Shown piece by piece: positions 46,190-54,636 of a stretch of 64,000 bases of DNA. The position numbers were made by a program, and so were the translations under genes. Under the pieces are notes generated by a model that worked only from the letters and a program-made list of their open reading frames with translations, was not told the origin of the DNA and did no database searches. Every line of letters begins with the position of its first letter. Within the stretch, counting starts at the first letter, position 1. The DNA comes from Candidatus Saccharicenans sp. (lineage in GTDB: Bacteria > Acidobacteriota > Aminicenantia > Aminicenantales > Saccharicenantaceae), in the NCBI GenBank assembly GCA_026414545.1, contig JAOAIU010000005.1, positions 7,657 through 71,656 on the forward strand. Reading direction: 5' to 3'.

Positions 46190-46890
46190 CGGCCTGCCAT
46201 TTCTTCCCAGTCGACCTTTCTAAGGCCGGGAGGAAGCACCGGGTTCACCATCGAGGCCTCCTGCCCGCGGTTGAAATTCAACTTGAGTACATGCATGCGG
46301 ACCGTGTAACCCGGGGAAGAGAAGTGCACTTTTTTTGGCACCTGTCCGGGTGGAAATTTCTCCTTAAGAACAAAGAGCAGCCCGTTCCTCTCCCCTCCCA
46401 GAACGTGGCCCTGACCGTCAAGCTGGAGCTGCCAGCCGTCTTCGGCAGCCAGTTGCGACCAGAGGCCGGCCAGAATCCTGGCCAGCTCTTCAGGTTTTAA
46501 TTCCTGGCCAAAGACTTCTGAGGTCAGAACCCGACTTTCTCCCTGCCAGTATATTCTTTCTGTGGGCAGATATAGCGTGGCCAGCTCTGGCCCCAGCCAG
46601 AGTATAGCCCTCAACCGACCGAGCGGGTCGATAAATTCAAGCCTGGCTGTAGCTGGAAACAGGCAGAAAAAACCCAGCCGGAATCGGAAGACCCCATCCG
46701 GCCCGTTCAGGTAAAAAGAAGCCTGTCCCCCCAGGTTCCGGATTTCATTAGGGGGCAGCAGCCGGACGGGCCGGCTACGGCAAGCCGCACCAGTCAGGCC
46801 GACGATAATGACCAAGATGAGCAAGCACGGGCCGACCGGACACCTCAGCCTTCCGGTCTTCTCTCTCCCGCCTCCCTCCGGCACTGCCAC
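46177..46890 (-). CDS. Putative lipoprotein in the LolB-like position upstream of ispE
   Basis: Hydrophobic N-terminus ...CLLILVIIVGLTGAAC with a Cys in a lipobox-like context. It overlaps the ispE start by 13 nt. The LolB analogy rests on gene position only (lolB-ispE-prs in proteobacteria). Confidence 0.4.
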   Translation of the reverse strand: MAVPEGGGREKTGRLRCPVGPCLLILVIIVGLTGAACRSRPVRLLPPNEIRNLGGQASFYLNGPDGVFRFRLGFFCLFPATARLEFIDPLGRLRAILWLGPELATLYLPTERIYWQGESRVLTSEVFGQELKPEELARILAGLWSQLAAEDGWQLQLDGQGHVLGGERNGLLFVLKEKFPPGQVPKKVHFSSPGYTVRMHVLKLNFNRGQEASMVNPVLPPGLRKVDWEEMAGRWKR

Positions 46891-46910
46891 TCCTCAGTTC
46901 CGCTTACTGC

Positions 46911-47168
46911 TCAGTCCAGCTTAAACCCGTAGTCCTCTGCTTTTGGCTTCTTGGCCTGACCAGGCTGGTCGGCCGAGCCGGGTTTTGTTCCCGGCGTTCC
47001 CAGCTCGAATTTATAGTCCTTGGAAACAGCTCTCATTTTTTTCTTCCGGGTTACCGGATAAAAGGGAGACCTAATTCTTCTGCCGAAGCAGGACAGGTTG
47101 GGGTTGATGATCATCAGGACGATAAATAAGCCAAAGATAACGAGGATGGCGTAAATTGTCCAGCTCAT
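46911..47168 (-). CDS. Small single-pass membrane protein, hypothetical
   Basis: 85 aa with N-terminal TM TIYAILVIFGLFIVLMII and a basic/Pro-rich tail. The tail carries two similar heptads, DYKFELG and DYGFKLD. Confidence 0.4.
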   Translation of the reverse strand: MSWTIYAILVIFGLFIVLMIINPNLSCFGRRIRSPFYPVTRKKKMRAVSKDYKFELGTPGTKPGSADQPGQAKKPKAEDYGFKLD

Positions 47169-47231
47169 TTTAGCCTTCCACTCTAATTATAAGTTTAAGC
47201 CCGAGATTTAGCAACCGGTCCAGGCCTGATT

Positions 47232-48689
47232 TCACTCCTGGAAGACGACGGCCTCGAATTTGAACAACCCCCTGGATTTTTTCCAAGCGTTATCGGGCAA
47301 CCCGGCCTTGCGACAGAGTTCTCTCAGGAAAGCCAGCCGGTCCCAGCCCTGCTCGACAGCCACCTGGGGCAGAAGGAGTCCACTTCTTTGCCCTTCTTTG
47401 ATTACCAGGCCATGACGGCCAACCTTGATTTCAGAAACATCTGAGACCGGTTGCAGCGGGCCCAGCACAGAAACTTCAATTTGCAAGCCTGACAATTCGG
47501 CTTTTCGAAGGGGTGGGAATCTGGGGTCCTCGGTTGCGGCCAGGACAGCTGCCTGGGCCACCGTCTGCCACAGGGGAAACAAGGGCTCGGCAAAACCGAT
47601 GCAACCCCTGAGCTGGTGTTGTTGCTTGAGAGTGACAAAAGCCCCGGCTTTCGTTTCCAGCCGCGGCGAGTTAGGTTTATAGGCAGGAAGTTCGCCGCTG
47701 GACAAATAGGTTTCAATGGCCAGTCGGGCCAGAGCCAGTAATTCTTTTTTTTCTTCACGAGTCAGCTCAGGCCAGATCCCTGATGTCTCGAGATAGACGG
47801 CAGCTGACAGATAACCCACCACCCGGTCATCCGGGCCGCCAGCAGCAGCTGAGTCTGAATAGGCCAGTACTTCCACGCCGGCCGAACCGATTTTTCGGGC
47901 ATAATGTAGAAGGGCCAGCACCGGGCCGCCGCCGCACATGACGTTTTCGTATCTGGCCACCTGGCGGCCGAGTGTCTTCAAGTCTAATTTTTTAATCAGC
48001 TCTATTGTGTTACGGTCACGTTCATTGGCCTGGGCGCGGCTGAGAAAATGCGACAGGTCGGTGGAAGCTACCACTAGCACTCTTTTGCCCTTTGTGGCCC
48101 TGGCCAGGGCCCCGGCCAGGGCCTGAATCGTCATTTCGGTCTGGTTGCCCATAACTACTGGCACAATCCTGGCCCCCGGGAATACTTTCTGGATAAAGGG
48201 CACCTGGACTTCTACCGAATGCTCGCGGTCATGCGCCTCGGGGATATAGCCAAAACCGGAGCTGCGAGCCAGCTCACCGGCCAGGGCTTCATCAACCTCC
48301 ACCACCCCCAGCGGGGTTGCAAACCCACCCCGGAGATAAATGGAGCAGCCCTCGAAGGCCTGGTAATGAGACGGACCGATTATGACCACCGAATCCACGC
48401 TGCGGCCCCGGAACAGGCGATAGCCGACGGCAGCCACCCGGCCCGAATACAAGTAACCGGCGTGAGGGACAATCAAGCCAACTACTTCCCCGGTTACGGA
48501 CCGGGCCTCAGCCGAATCAAGCCAGACTTCCAGCTGCTGGCTCAACCTTACCGGGTCGGATTCATAAAATTGACCGGCCCAGGCGGGCTTCCTGATTCCC
48601 TGTCCGTAGGTCGGCCAGGTCAGCCACGACAGGACCATTATAAGACAGATAGCCTTCATCCCGGTCTTCCGGTTCATTGCTGCCTCCAA
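47232..48689 (-). CDS. Fusion of AmmeMemoRadiSam system protein B (Memo-like) and protein A (AMMECR1), with N-terminal signal peptide
   Basis: Memo blocks RKPAWAGQFY, VPHAGYLYSG, DREHSVEVQVPF, ASTDLSHF and VMCGGGP. The AMMECR1 block QLRGCIGF lies in the C-terminal ~190 aa. N-terminus MNRKTGMKAICLIMVLSWLTWPTYGQG. Confidence 0.8.
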   Translation of the reverse strand: MEAAMNRKTGMKAICLIMVLSWLTWPTYGQGIRKPAWAGQFYESDPVRLSQQLEVWLDSAEARSVTGEVVGLIVPHAGYLYSGRVAAVGYRLFRGRSVDSVVIIGPSHYQAFEGCSIYLRGGFATPLGVVEVDEALAGELARSSGFGYIPEAHDREHSVEVQVPFIQKVFPGARIVPVVMGNQTEMTIQALAGALARATKGKRVLVVASTDLSHFLSRAQANERDRNTIELIKKLDLKTLGRQVARYENVMCGGGPVLALLHYARKIGSAGVEVLAYSDSAAAGGPDDRVVGYLSAAVYLETSGIWPELTREEKKELLALARLAIETYLSSGELPAYKPNSPRLETKAGAFVTLKQQHQLRGCIGFAEPLFPLWQTVAQAAVLAATEDPRFPPLRKAELSGLQIEVSVLGPLQPVSDVSEIKVGRHGLVIKEGQRSGLLLPQVAVEQGWDRLAFLRELCRKAGLPDNAWKKSRGLFKFEAVVFQE

Positions 48690-48831
48690 TTAAATTGTAT
48701 GATTTCAGCGCCCTTTCGGCAAATCCCCGGTCAACCGGCGCCCGTAATTGTCTCAAAAAGTTTATAAAAACCAGTTTCCGGCTGTTGACTTTTGGAGAAA
48801 ATTATTGAAGAATTTAATCGAATAGAGGACC

Positions 48832-48966
48832 ATGAAAAAATTCTTCAAGTTCCTGTTGCTTTTGCTCGGAATCTTTTCCACCTTCCTGCTGGGCTTCCAT
48901 TTTGGCAAGGAGAAAATCAAATCTCGCATCCCCAAGTTCCAGGACGATTCTGACCGAATTGTTTGA
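48832..48966 (+). CDS. Possible 44-aa membrane peptide
   Basis: Translation is MKKFFKFLLLLLGIFSTFLLGFHFGKEKIKSRIPKFQDDSDRIV. Only a weak GAGG lies 3 nt upstream. The ORF sits in a 430-nt intergenic region; the 91-aa track ORF 48762..49037 on the opposite strand looks less plausible. Confidence 0.25.
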   Translation: MKKFFKFLLLLLGIFSTFLLGFHFGKEKIKSRIPKFQDDSDRIV

Positions 48967-49040
48967 GTCTGGATACAAAAATATAATTGGGGGGTTACGG
49001 AAGCCTGGGCATACACTCGAAGTCTGGTCTCAGACACCAG

Positions 49041-49069
49041 TTACCATCGGCCTTATTTTCTGCTATAAT
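49041..49069 (+). promoter_or_regulatory. Candidate sigma70-type promoter for the FmdB-GT9-rel gene string
   Basis: TTACCA (49041-49046), 17 nt spacer, TATAAT (49064-49069). It lies 49 nt upstream of the ATG at 49118. Confidence 0.45.
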
Positions 49070-49117
49070 AACTAATCATTAACAGCCAACTTTCTGACCG
49101 GAACGAGGAGTCGGAAG

Positions 49118-49408
49118 ATGCCTCTGTATGAATATCGTTGCCAACAATGCCATAAACAGTTTGAGGTCCTGCAAAAAATAAATGCCCGGCCGCTTGATAA
49201 ATGCCCGGAATGCGGCGGCAGCCTGTGCCGGCTGGTTTCCAGCCCGGCCATCCAGTTCAAAGGTTCGGGCTGGTATATCACCGACTATGCCCACAAGAAT
49301 TCCCCGGCCGGAGGCAACGGCCAGAATGGCCGGCAAAAATCAAACCAGGAAAAGAAGCCGGTCGAGAAGCCGGCGGATGGAGCCGCCAACCAGACCCGGG
49401 ATAAATAA
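49118..49408 (+). CDS. FmdB-family zinc-ribbon protein
   Basis: MPLYEYRCQQCHKQFEVLQKINARPLDKCPECGG has the CxxC...CxxC zinc ribbon typical of the family. The C-tail is low-complexity. Confidence 0.8.
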   Translation: MPLYEYRCQQCHKQFEVLQKINARPLDKCPECGGSLCRLVSSPAIQFKGSGWYITDYAHKNSPAGGNGQNGRQKSNQEKKPVEKPADGAANQTRDK

Positions 49409-49447
49409 TTTTTGACAACTCTCTGAGGCCAGCTTAGAATTAATCTG

Positions 49448-50452
49448 ATGAAAATCCTGGTTTACCTTCCCCGCACCCTGGGGGCCTCTCTCCTGGCTTT
49501 CCCCTGTCTGAAGTCTCTGGAACAGAATTTCCCGGCAGCCGAAATTTCCATCCTGCCATCTGCCGCCTACGCTGATTTTTTCCAGAACGTGAGCCCGGGC
49601 TATAAGGTTATCCGTCTGCCCGACTTCAAGGACATCGCCGGTTTGAAGCGGGCCTCCGCGCGTCTTAAAAAAATGAACTTTGACCTTGGCCTTCTGCTGG
49701 ACGAATCGTTCGCTTCGGCCCTGTTGTTTTACCTGGCCAGGATTCCCCAGCGCTGGGGTTATGACCGCGAGGGACGCGGTTTCATGCTGACCAAAAAGAG
49801 CCGTCTCCGGGCCACCGACCCACAGCTGCACCTGAAACATCATTATCTCCAGCTGCCGGCCAGGCTCGGGCTGAAGGTCGCCGACCAGCCTTTGAGACTC
49901 AGCCTTCCAGACAGCTACCGGAAGAGCGCAGCCGGCCGACTGAGGCATTCTGGCCTGAACCCTGAACGGGCCACCGTGGTCATAAAACCAGGGTCAAGTT
50001 TTGGCCCGGCCAGAATCTGGCCTCTGGACCAACAGAAAGAGCTGGTTCGGCGGCTGCTGGAAAGCCGGCTGCAAGTGGTGCTGGTGGGCTCGAGCAACGG
50101 CCAGGCCATCACTCGGGGGCTTCTCGAAGAGCTTGGGGACCGGGTTGTGGATTTTAGCGGCCAGCTCAGCCTGGAGGAGACGGCCGGCGTCATAGCCGGA
50201 GCCCGGGTCTACCTTGGCAATGATTGCGGTTTGACTCACCTGGCCAACCTGCTGGGGACCCCGGTGGTAGGCCTTTATGGTCCGAGCGACCCCCACCTTT
50301 GTGGCCCGTCCCAGCCTCCAGCTGCGGTGCTGCACAAGTCTGCTCCCTGCGCCCCCTGCAGTTACAGGGCCTGCCCTTATGACCATCGCTGCCTGAGTAA
50401 CATCTCGGCCGGGGAAGTATACGAGGTCATTTCTTCCTTTCTGGCCCGATAG
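49448..50452 (+). CDS. Glycosyltransferase family 9 (LPS heptosyltransferase-like)
   Basis: 334 aa with the layout MKILVYLPRTLGASLLAFPCLKSL...PGSSFGPARIWP...GNDCGLTHLANLLGTPVVGLYGPSDP, typical of RfaF/RfaC-type enzymes. Confidence 0.85.
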   Translation: MKILVYLPRTLGASLLAFPCLKSLEQNFPAAEISILPSAAYADFFQNVSPGYKVIRLPDFKDIAGLKRASARLKKMNFDLGLLLDESFASALLFYLARIPQRWGYDREGRGFMLTKKSRLRATDPQLHLKHHYLQLPARLGLKVADQPLRLSLPDSYRKSAAGRLRHSGLNPERATVVIKPGSSFGPARIWPLDQQKELVRRLLESRLQVVLVGSSNGQAITRGLLEELGDRVVDFSGQLSLEETAGVIAGARVYLGNDCGLTHLANLLGTPVVGLYGPSDPHLCGPSQPPAAVLHKSAPCAPCSYRACPYDHRCLSNISAGEVYEVISSFLAR

Positions 50453-50482
50453 GATTTACAAAGATTAACGGCTCCCGGGAAC

Positions 50483-52642
50483 ATGATTCGCTTTGATGAC
50501 ATAATAGAAAAAATCCAGGGCAAGTACTCCGAAAAGGACCTGCGCGTTCTGCAGAAAGCCTACATTTTCGCCGCCAGGGCTCACAAGGGGCAGATACGCC
50601 GCTCCGGGGAACCCTATCTAAGCCATCCCCTGGAAGTGACCAATATACTGGCGGAGATGAACCTGGACCTGACCACCCTGGTTGCCGGCCTTCTCCATGA
50701 CGTCCTGGAAGACACGGAAGTCAGCCTGACCGAAATCAGGGAGAATTTCGGACGGGAAGTGGCCACCCTGGTGGAGGGTGTGACCAAGATTAGCCGGGTG
50801 GAAGATGCCTCGCCCGAGGAAACCCGGGCTGAGACCATCAGAAAAATCATACTGGCCATGACCGATGACCTGCGGGTAATCTTCATCAAGCTGGCCGACC
50901 GCTGGCACAACCTGAAGACCCTGCATTACCTGAGCGAGGATAAGCAGCGGCGCATAGCCCAGGAAACGCTCGAAATTTACGCTCCCATCGCCAACCGCCT
51001 GGGCATGGGCCGCATCCGGGCCGAGCTGGAAGACCTATCCTTCCGCTACGTTGAACCTGACGAATATTTCCGCATGGTAGCACTGGTGGAACCTGAATTG
51101 AAAAAGGGGGAAAAGGAACTCAAGAAACTAAAGAAGGTAATGGAACAGCTGCTCAAGGACAACGGCATCCCGGCCGAAATCCAGGTCCGGATTAAAAGGC
51201 TCTACAGCGTCTACTCCAAGATGAAGAAAAAGGGCATAGAATTTGACCAGGTCTATGACTTTCTGGCCCTGAGAATCATCACCGACTCGGTGAAAAACTG
51301 TTACTCGGCTCTGGGGATCATCCACCAGCGCTGGCCGCACCTGCCTCAGCGCTTCCGTGATTTTATCGCCATGCCCAAGCCCAACCTTTATCAGTCTTTG
51401 CACACCACCATCATCACCGAAAATAAACAGACCTTTGAAATTCAGATTCGGACCAGAGAGATGCACGAGCTGGCCGAGAACGGAATTGCCGCTCACTGGA
51501 AATATAAGGAGGGAGCACCAACCGGCCTGGCCGGAGAAGACCAGAGGCTACAGTGGTTGAGAGAAATCGCGGCCCTGTTCAGTGAACAGAAAAACCCCCG
51601 AGAGTTTCTGAAAAACCTCAAGATCAACCTAATCCCTGAAGAAATCTATGCCTTCACTCCCAAGGGCAAAGTAATCAACCTGCCGCCGGGGGCTACCGCC
51701 CTTGATTTTGCCTTCAAGATCCATACCGAGATCGGCCTCACCGCTCGGGAGGCCCGAATCAACGGCGAAGCAATGCCGCTGCGCACCCAGCTTAAGACCG
51801 GGGATATCGTTGAGATCATCACCTCCCCCGACCGCAGCCCCCACCGCAGCTGGCTCAACTGGGTGGCCACCGCCTCGGCCAGACAACAAATTAAAAAATA
51901 CCTCAACCTGAAAACCAGGAAAAAGGCCATTGACCTCGGCCGGCGGCTCTGGGAGAAAGAGGCCCGGAAGTTCAATCTGCCGGGCGAGCTGCGCTCGGAA
52001 TCAGCTTTGAAGGACAGGCTAAGCCAAGAATTTAAGCTGCGGCTCAATAGCCTGGAAGATTTTTTCCTGCTGGCTGGACTGGGCAAGATAGTCATCGATA
52101 AAAAATTCATGGAAAGGCTGGCCTGGGGGCGACTGTCCGAAGAAGTGGGGCCAACCGGCATCTTAAAAAAGATGGTGGAAAAATTTTCTGGACATGGCCC
52201 CACCCAGGGCCTGGTGATTAAAAATCTGGATGAACAGATGATCACTCTGGCCCGCTGCTGTGCTCCCATTAAGGGCGAAGCGGTGGTTGGCTACCTGACG
52301 ACCGGCAAGGGATTGACCGTCCATGCCCAGCGCTGCTACCTGGTCCAGAAAGAAATCCTCGACAGCCAGCGACTGGTGGAAGTGGCCTGGGACCCCGACT
52401 TTCGCGGAACTTTCAGGGCCCGGCTGCTCATTCGGGCTAAAGATTCGCCCGGAGTGCTGGCCCGAGTGGCTTCGGCCGTGGCCGAACAGAAGGGCAACAT
52501 CTCCAGAGCAGAGGTCAGCACCAGTGGAGATGGTCGGGCCTGCATCTCGCTAGAAATCACACTTGAAGACCTCGGCCACCTGCATAAAATTACGGACAAG
52601 ATTAACAGGTTGAAAGAAATAGACTCGGTAGAACGGGACTGA
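50483..52642 (+). CDS. rel: Bifunctional (p)ppGpp synthetase/hydrolase (RelA/SpoT homologue)
   Basis: 719 aa. HD hydrolase motifs (YLSHPLEV, LLHDVLEDT), synthetase blocks (RIKRLYSVYSKM, DFLALRII, SLHTTI), and TGS and ACT C-terminal domains. Confidence 0.93.
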   Translation: MIRFDDIIEKIQGKYSEKDLRVLQKAYIFAARAHKGQIRRSGEPYLSHPLEVTNILAEMNLDLTTLVAGLLHDVLEDTEVSLTEIRENFGREVATLVEGVTKISRVEDASPEETRAETIRKIILAMTDDLRVIFIKLADRWHNLKTLHYLSEDKQRRIAQETLEIYAPIANRLGMGRIRAELEDLSFRYVEPDEYFRMVALVEPELKKGEKELKKLKKVMEQLLKDNGIPAEIQVRIKRLYSVYSKMKKKGIEFDQVYDFLALRIITDSVKNCYSALGIIHQRWPHLPQRFRDFIAMPKPNLYQSLHTTIITENKQTFEIQIRTREMHELAENGIAAHWKYKEGAPTGLAGEDQRLQWLREIAALFSEQKNPREFLKNLKINLIPEEIYAFTPKGKVINLPPGATALDFAFKIHTEIGLTAREARINGEAMPLRTQLKTGDIVEIITSPDRSPHRSWLNWVATASARQQIKKYLNLKTRKKAIDLGRRLWEKEARKFNLPGELRSESALKDRLSQEFKLRLNSLEDFFLLAGLGKIVIDKKFMERLAWGRLSEEVGPTGILKKMVEKFSGHGPTQGLVIKNLDEQMITLARCCAPIKGEAVVGYLTTGKGLTVHAQRCYLVQKEILDSQRLVEVAWDPDFRGTFRARLLIRAKDSPGVLARVASAVAEQKGNISRAEVSTSGDGRACISLEITLEDLGHLHKITDKINRLKEIDSVERD

Positions 52643-52644
52643 AC

Positions 52645-52836
52645 TCAGACCGCTTTCTGAACACGGCCTGAACGCAGACAGCGGGTGCAAACCCAGATGC
52701 TCCTGACTCCGGTTTCTGTCCTGGCTTTAACCCGCTGCAGGTTGACACTCCACTTTTTGTTTGAAGCCTTGTTGGAGTGGCTGATGCTGTGTCCGAAAAT
52801 CGGTCCTTTATGACAGATATGACATTCTCTGGCCAT
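52645..52836 (-). CDS. rpmB: 50S ribosomal protein L28 (Cys-containing, zinc-ribbon form)
   Basis: 63 aa: MARECHICHKGPIFGHSISHSNKASNKKWSVNLQ...CTRC. Both CxxC pairs are present. Confidence 0.92.
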   Translation of the reverse strand: MARECHICHKGPIFGHSISHSNKASNKKWSVNLQRVKARTETGVRSIWVCTRCLRSGRVQKAV

Positions 52837-53075
52837 GTTTTTGTCTCGCTTTCCTTAGATTTATACCTTTCTTCGAAGGAAATATCTGTATAGCATAAAA
52901 AAGCCTGGAGCGCAACTGAGGTCAGACGGTTTTTCAGAACCGCGTTGGACGACCTAACCGACTGCTCTTTCGTTCCGTACGCCCGTCGGCCCGGCACCGG
53001 TCGGGGCCAGCTCTAAGCAGAGACGGTTTACAACTGCCAAGCAGAATTTTCTTCCTCGATAAAATAAAAAATTTC

Positions 53076-53104
53076 TTGAATTTTGATTTGCCGGGTGGTA
53101 ATAT
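53076..53104 (+). promoter_or_regulatory. Candidate sigma70-type promoter for dnaA
   Basis: TTGAAT (53076-53081), 17 nt spacer, TAATAT (53099-53104). The DnaA boxes lie between it and the ATG. Confidence 0.45.
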
Positions 53105-53142
53105 TTTTCTCGTTTCCCCCACCAGAATTTCCGGCGGGGGCT

Positions 53143-53174
53143 TTTTCCACAGCTGTGGATATTTCTGTGGAAAT
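53143..53174. promoter_or_regulatory. Cluster of three DnaA-box-like 9-mers
   Basis: TTTTCCACA (53143-53151, 1 mismatch to TTATCCACA). TGTGGATAT (53154-53162, 1 mismatch to TGTGGATAA). TGTGGAAAT (53166-53174, 2 mismatches). The last box ends 13 nt upstream of the dnaA ATG. Confidence 0.55.
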
Positions 53175-53187
53175 CTTTGGGCGCGTT

Positions 53188-54519
53188 ATGAAGGTTGAAG
53201 ATAAAGTTAATATCTGGAACAGGATACTGGCTGCGGTTAAGAACCGGGTTGAGAGTCAGGCTTTTGAAACCTGGTTTGAGCCCACCTCCTACATTGGTGA
53301 GGACGGAGAAACCCTTTACATCAAGGTCCCGAATGCCTATTTCAAGGACTGGCTGAGTTTCCATTACTCGCGCCTGATAAACGAATGCTGCCAGGAATTA
53401 TTCAATAAGAGTTTTGATATCAAGTACATTTACGATGAGACCCCGGCTTCCTTTCTCCGCAATTCACCGGATGAACGGAAACTTCACCAGGCGGTGACTC
53501 AGATTGCCAACCTGAACCCCAATTATACCTTTGAAAATTTCGTCGTCGGTAGCTGTAACCAGTTCGCCCACGCTGCGGCCGTGGCCGTAGCCAAGAACCC
53601 GGCCAAATCCTACAATCCCCTCTATATCTACGGAGGGGCGGGCCTGGGCAAGACTCACCTGATGAACGCCATCGGTCACCAGATCATGACCACCAGTGCT
53701 CGGCTTAAGGTTCTATATGTGACCACCGAGCGTTTCATGAACGAACTCATCAATCACCTCCAGTACGGCAAGATCCTGGAGTTCAGGCAAAAATACCGGG
53801 CAGTTGACGTCCTGCTTATGGACGATATCCATTACATCTCCGGCCGGGAAAGGACGAAAGAAGAATTCTTTCACACCTTTAACCATCTTTACGATAGCCA
53901 GAAACAGATTGTTATTTCGAGCGACTGCCCGCCCAAGGACATCCCCCATCTGGAAGACCGCTTCCGGTCGCGCTTCGAGTGGGGATTGATTGCCGACCTT
54001 CGGCCTCCAGACATAGAAACCAGAATTGCCATCCTCAAGAAAAAGGCTGAAATGGAAGATGTCTTTCTCCCCGAACCAGTCGCTCTCTATATCGCCGATA
54101 AGGTCCACTCCAACATCAGGGAACTGGAAGGATATCTGCGCCGGGTTATTGCTTATGCCTCACTCAAGGGGTCAAGGATAGACCTGGAGCTGGCCAAGGA
54201 AGCACTTAAGGGACTCCTGGACGCTTCAGCCAACATCATAACTGTGGAAAAAATTCAGAAGGTAGTCTGCACCCAGTATAAAATTAAACCCTCTGAACTC
54301 AAATCAAAAAACAACTCGCCCCGGGTTGCTTTCCCAAGGCAGGTGGCCATGTACCTGGCCAAAGAGCTGACCGACAACTCATTGCCTGAAATCGGCAAGA
54401 AATTCGGCGGCAAGCATCACACCACAGTTCTCCATAGCATCAGAAAAATAGAGAAATTAAGAGAGCGCGACCAGGAATTCAACAGAGAAATCAACAACCT
54501 GATCCACCTGCTAAAGTAA
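53188..54519 (+). CDS. dnaA: Chromosomal replication initiator protein DnaA
   Basis: The start is taken at ATG 53188 (MKVEDKVNIWNRIL). The track start at 53083 would read through the promoter and DnaA boxes. Walker A GGAGLGKTHL. Domain IV block VAFPRQVAMYLAKELT..SLPEIGKKFGGKHHTTVLHSIRKI. Confidence 0.95.
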   Translation: MKVEDKVNIWNRILAAVKNRVESQAFETWFEPTSYIGEDGETLYIKVPNAYFKDWLSFHYSRLINECCQELFNKSFDIKYIYDETPASFLRNSPDERKLHQAVTQIANLNPNYTFENFVVGSCNQFAHAAAVAVAKNPAKSYNPLYIYGGAGLGKTHLMNAIGHQIMTTSARLKVLYVTTERFMNELINHLQYGKILEFRQKYRAVDVLLMDDIHYISGRERTKEEFFHTFNHLYDSQKQIVISSDCPPKDIPHLEDRFRSRFEWGLIADLRPPDIETRIAILKKKAEMEDVFLPEPVALYIADKVHSNIRELEGYLRRVIAYASLKGSRIDLELAKEALKGLLDASANIITVEKIQKVVCTQYKIKPSELKSKNNSPRVAFPRQVAMYLAKELTDNSLPEIGKKFGGKHHTTVLHSIRKIEKLRERDQEFNREINNLIHLLK

Positions 54520-54550
54520 TGAAATTAAGAAAGAAGGCAGCTGATTTTCA

Positions 54551-54616
54551 CATATTCACTATCTCTTCTTGTATTTTTTTTATTGCCTTTTTATGATTTT
54601 TAATTATATTATTGAC
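54551..54616. other. AT-rich dnaA-dnaN spacer, possible DNA-unwinding element
   Basis: CATATTCACTATCTCTTCTTGTATTTTTTTTATTGCCTTTTTATGATTTTTAATTATATTATTGAC is almost entirely A/T. No good DnaA box lies inside it. Confidence 0.3.
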
Positions 54617-54636
54617 GATGAAGAAAGGTGGAAAAA

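Noticed and set aside
48762-49037. 91-aa minus-strand ORF in the Memo/FmdB intergenic region.
   Set aside because: It has no RBS and an odd composition. It is antisense to a more protein-like, though still uncertain, 44-aa membrane peptide ORF on the plus strand. It probably reflects AT-rich promoter DNA for the two divergent genes.
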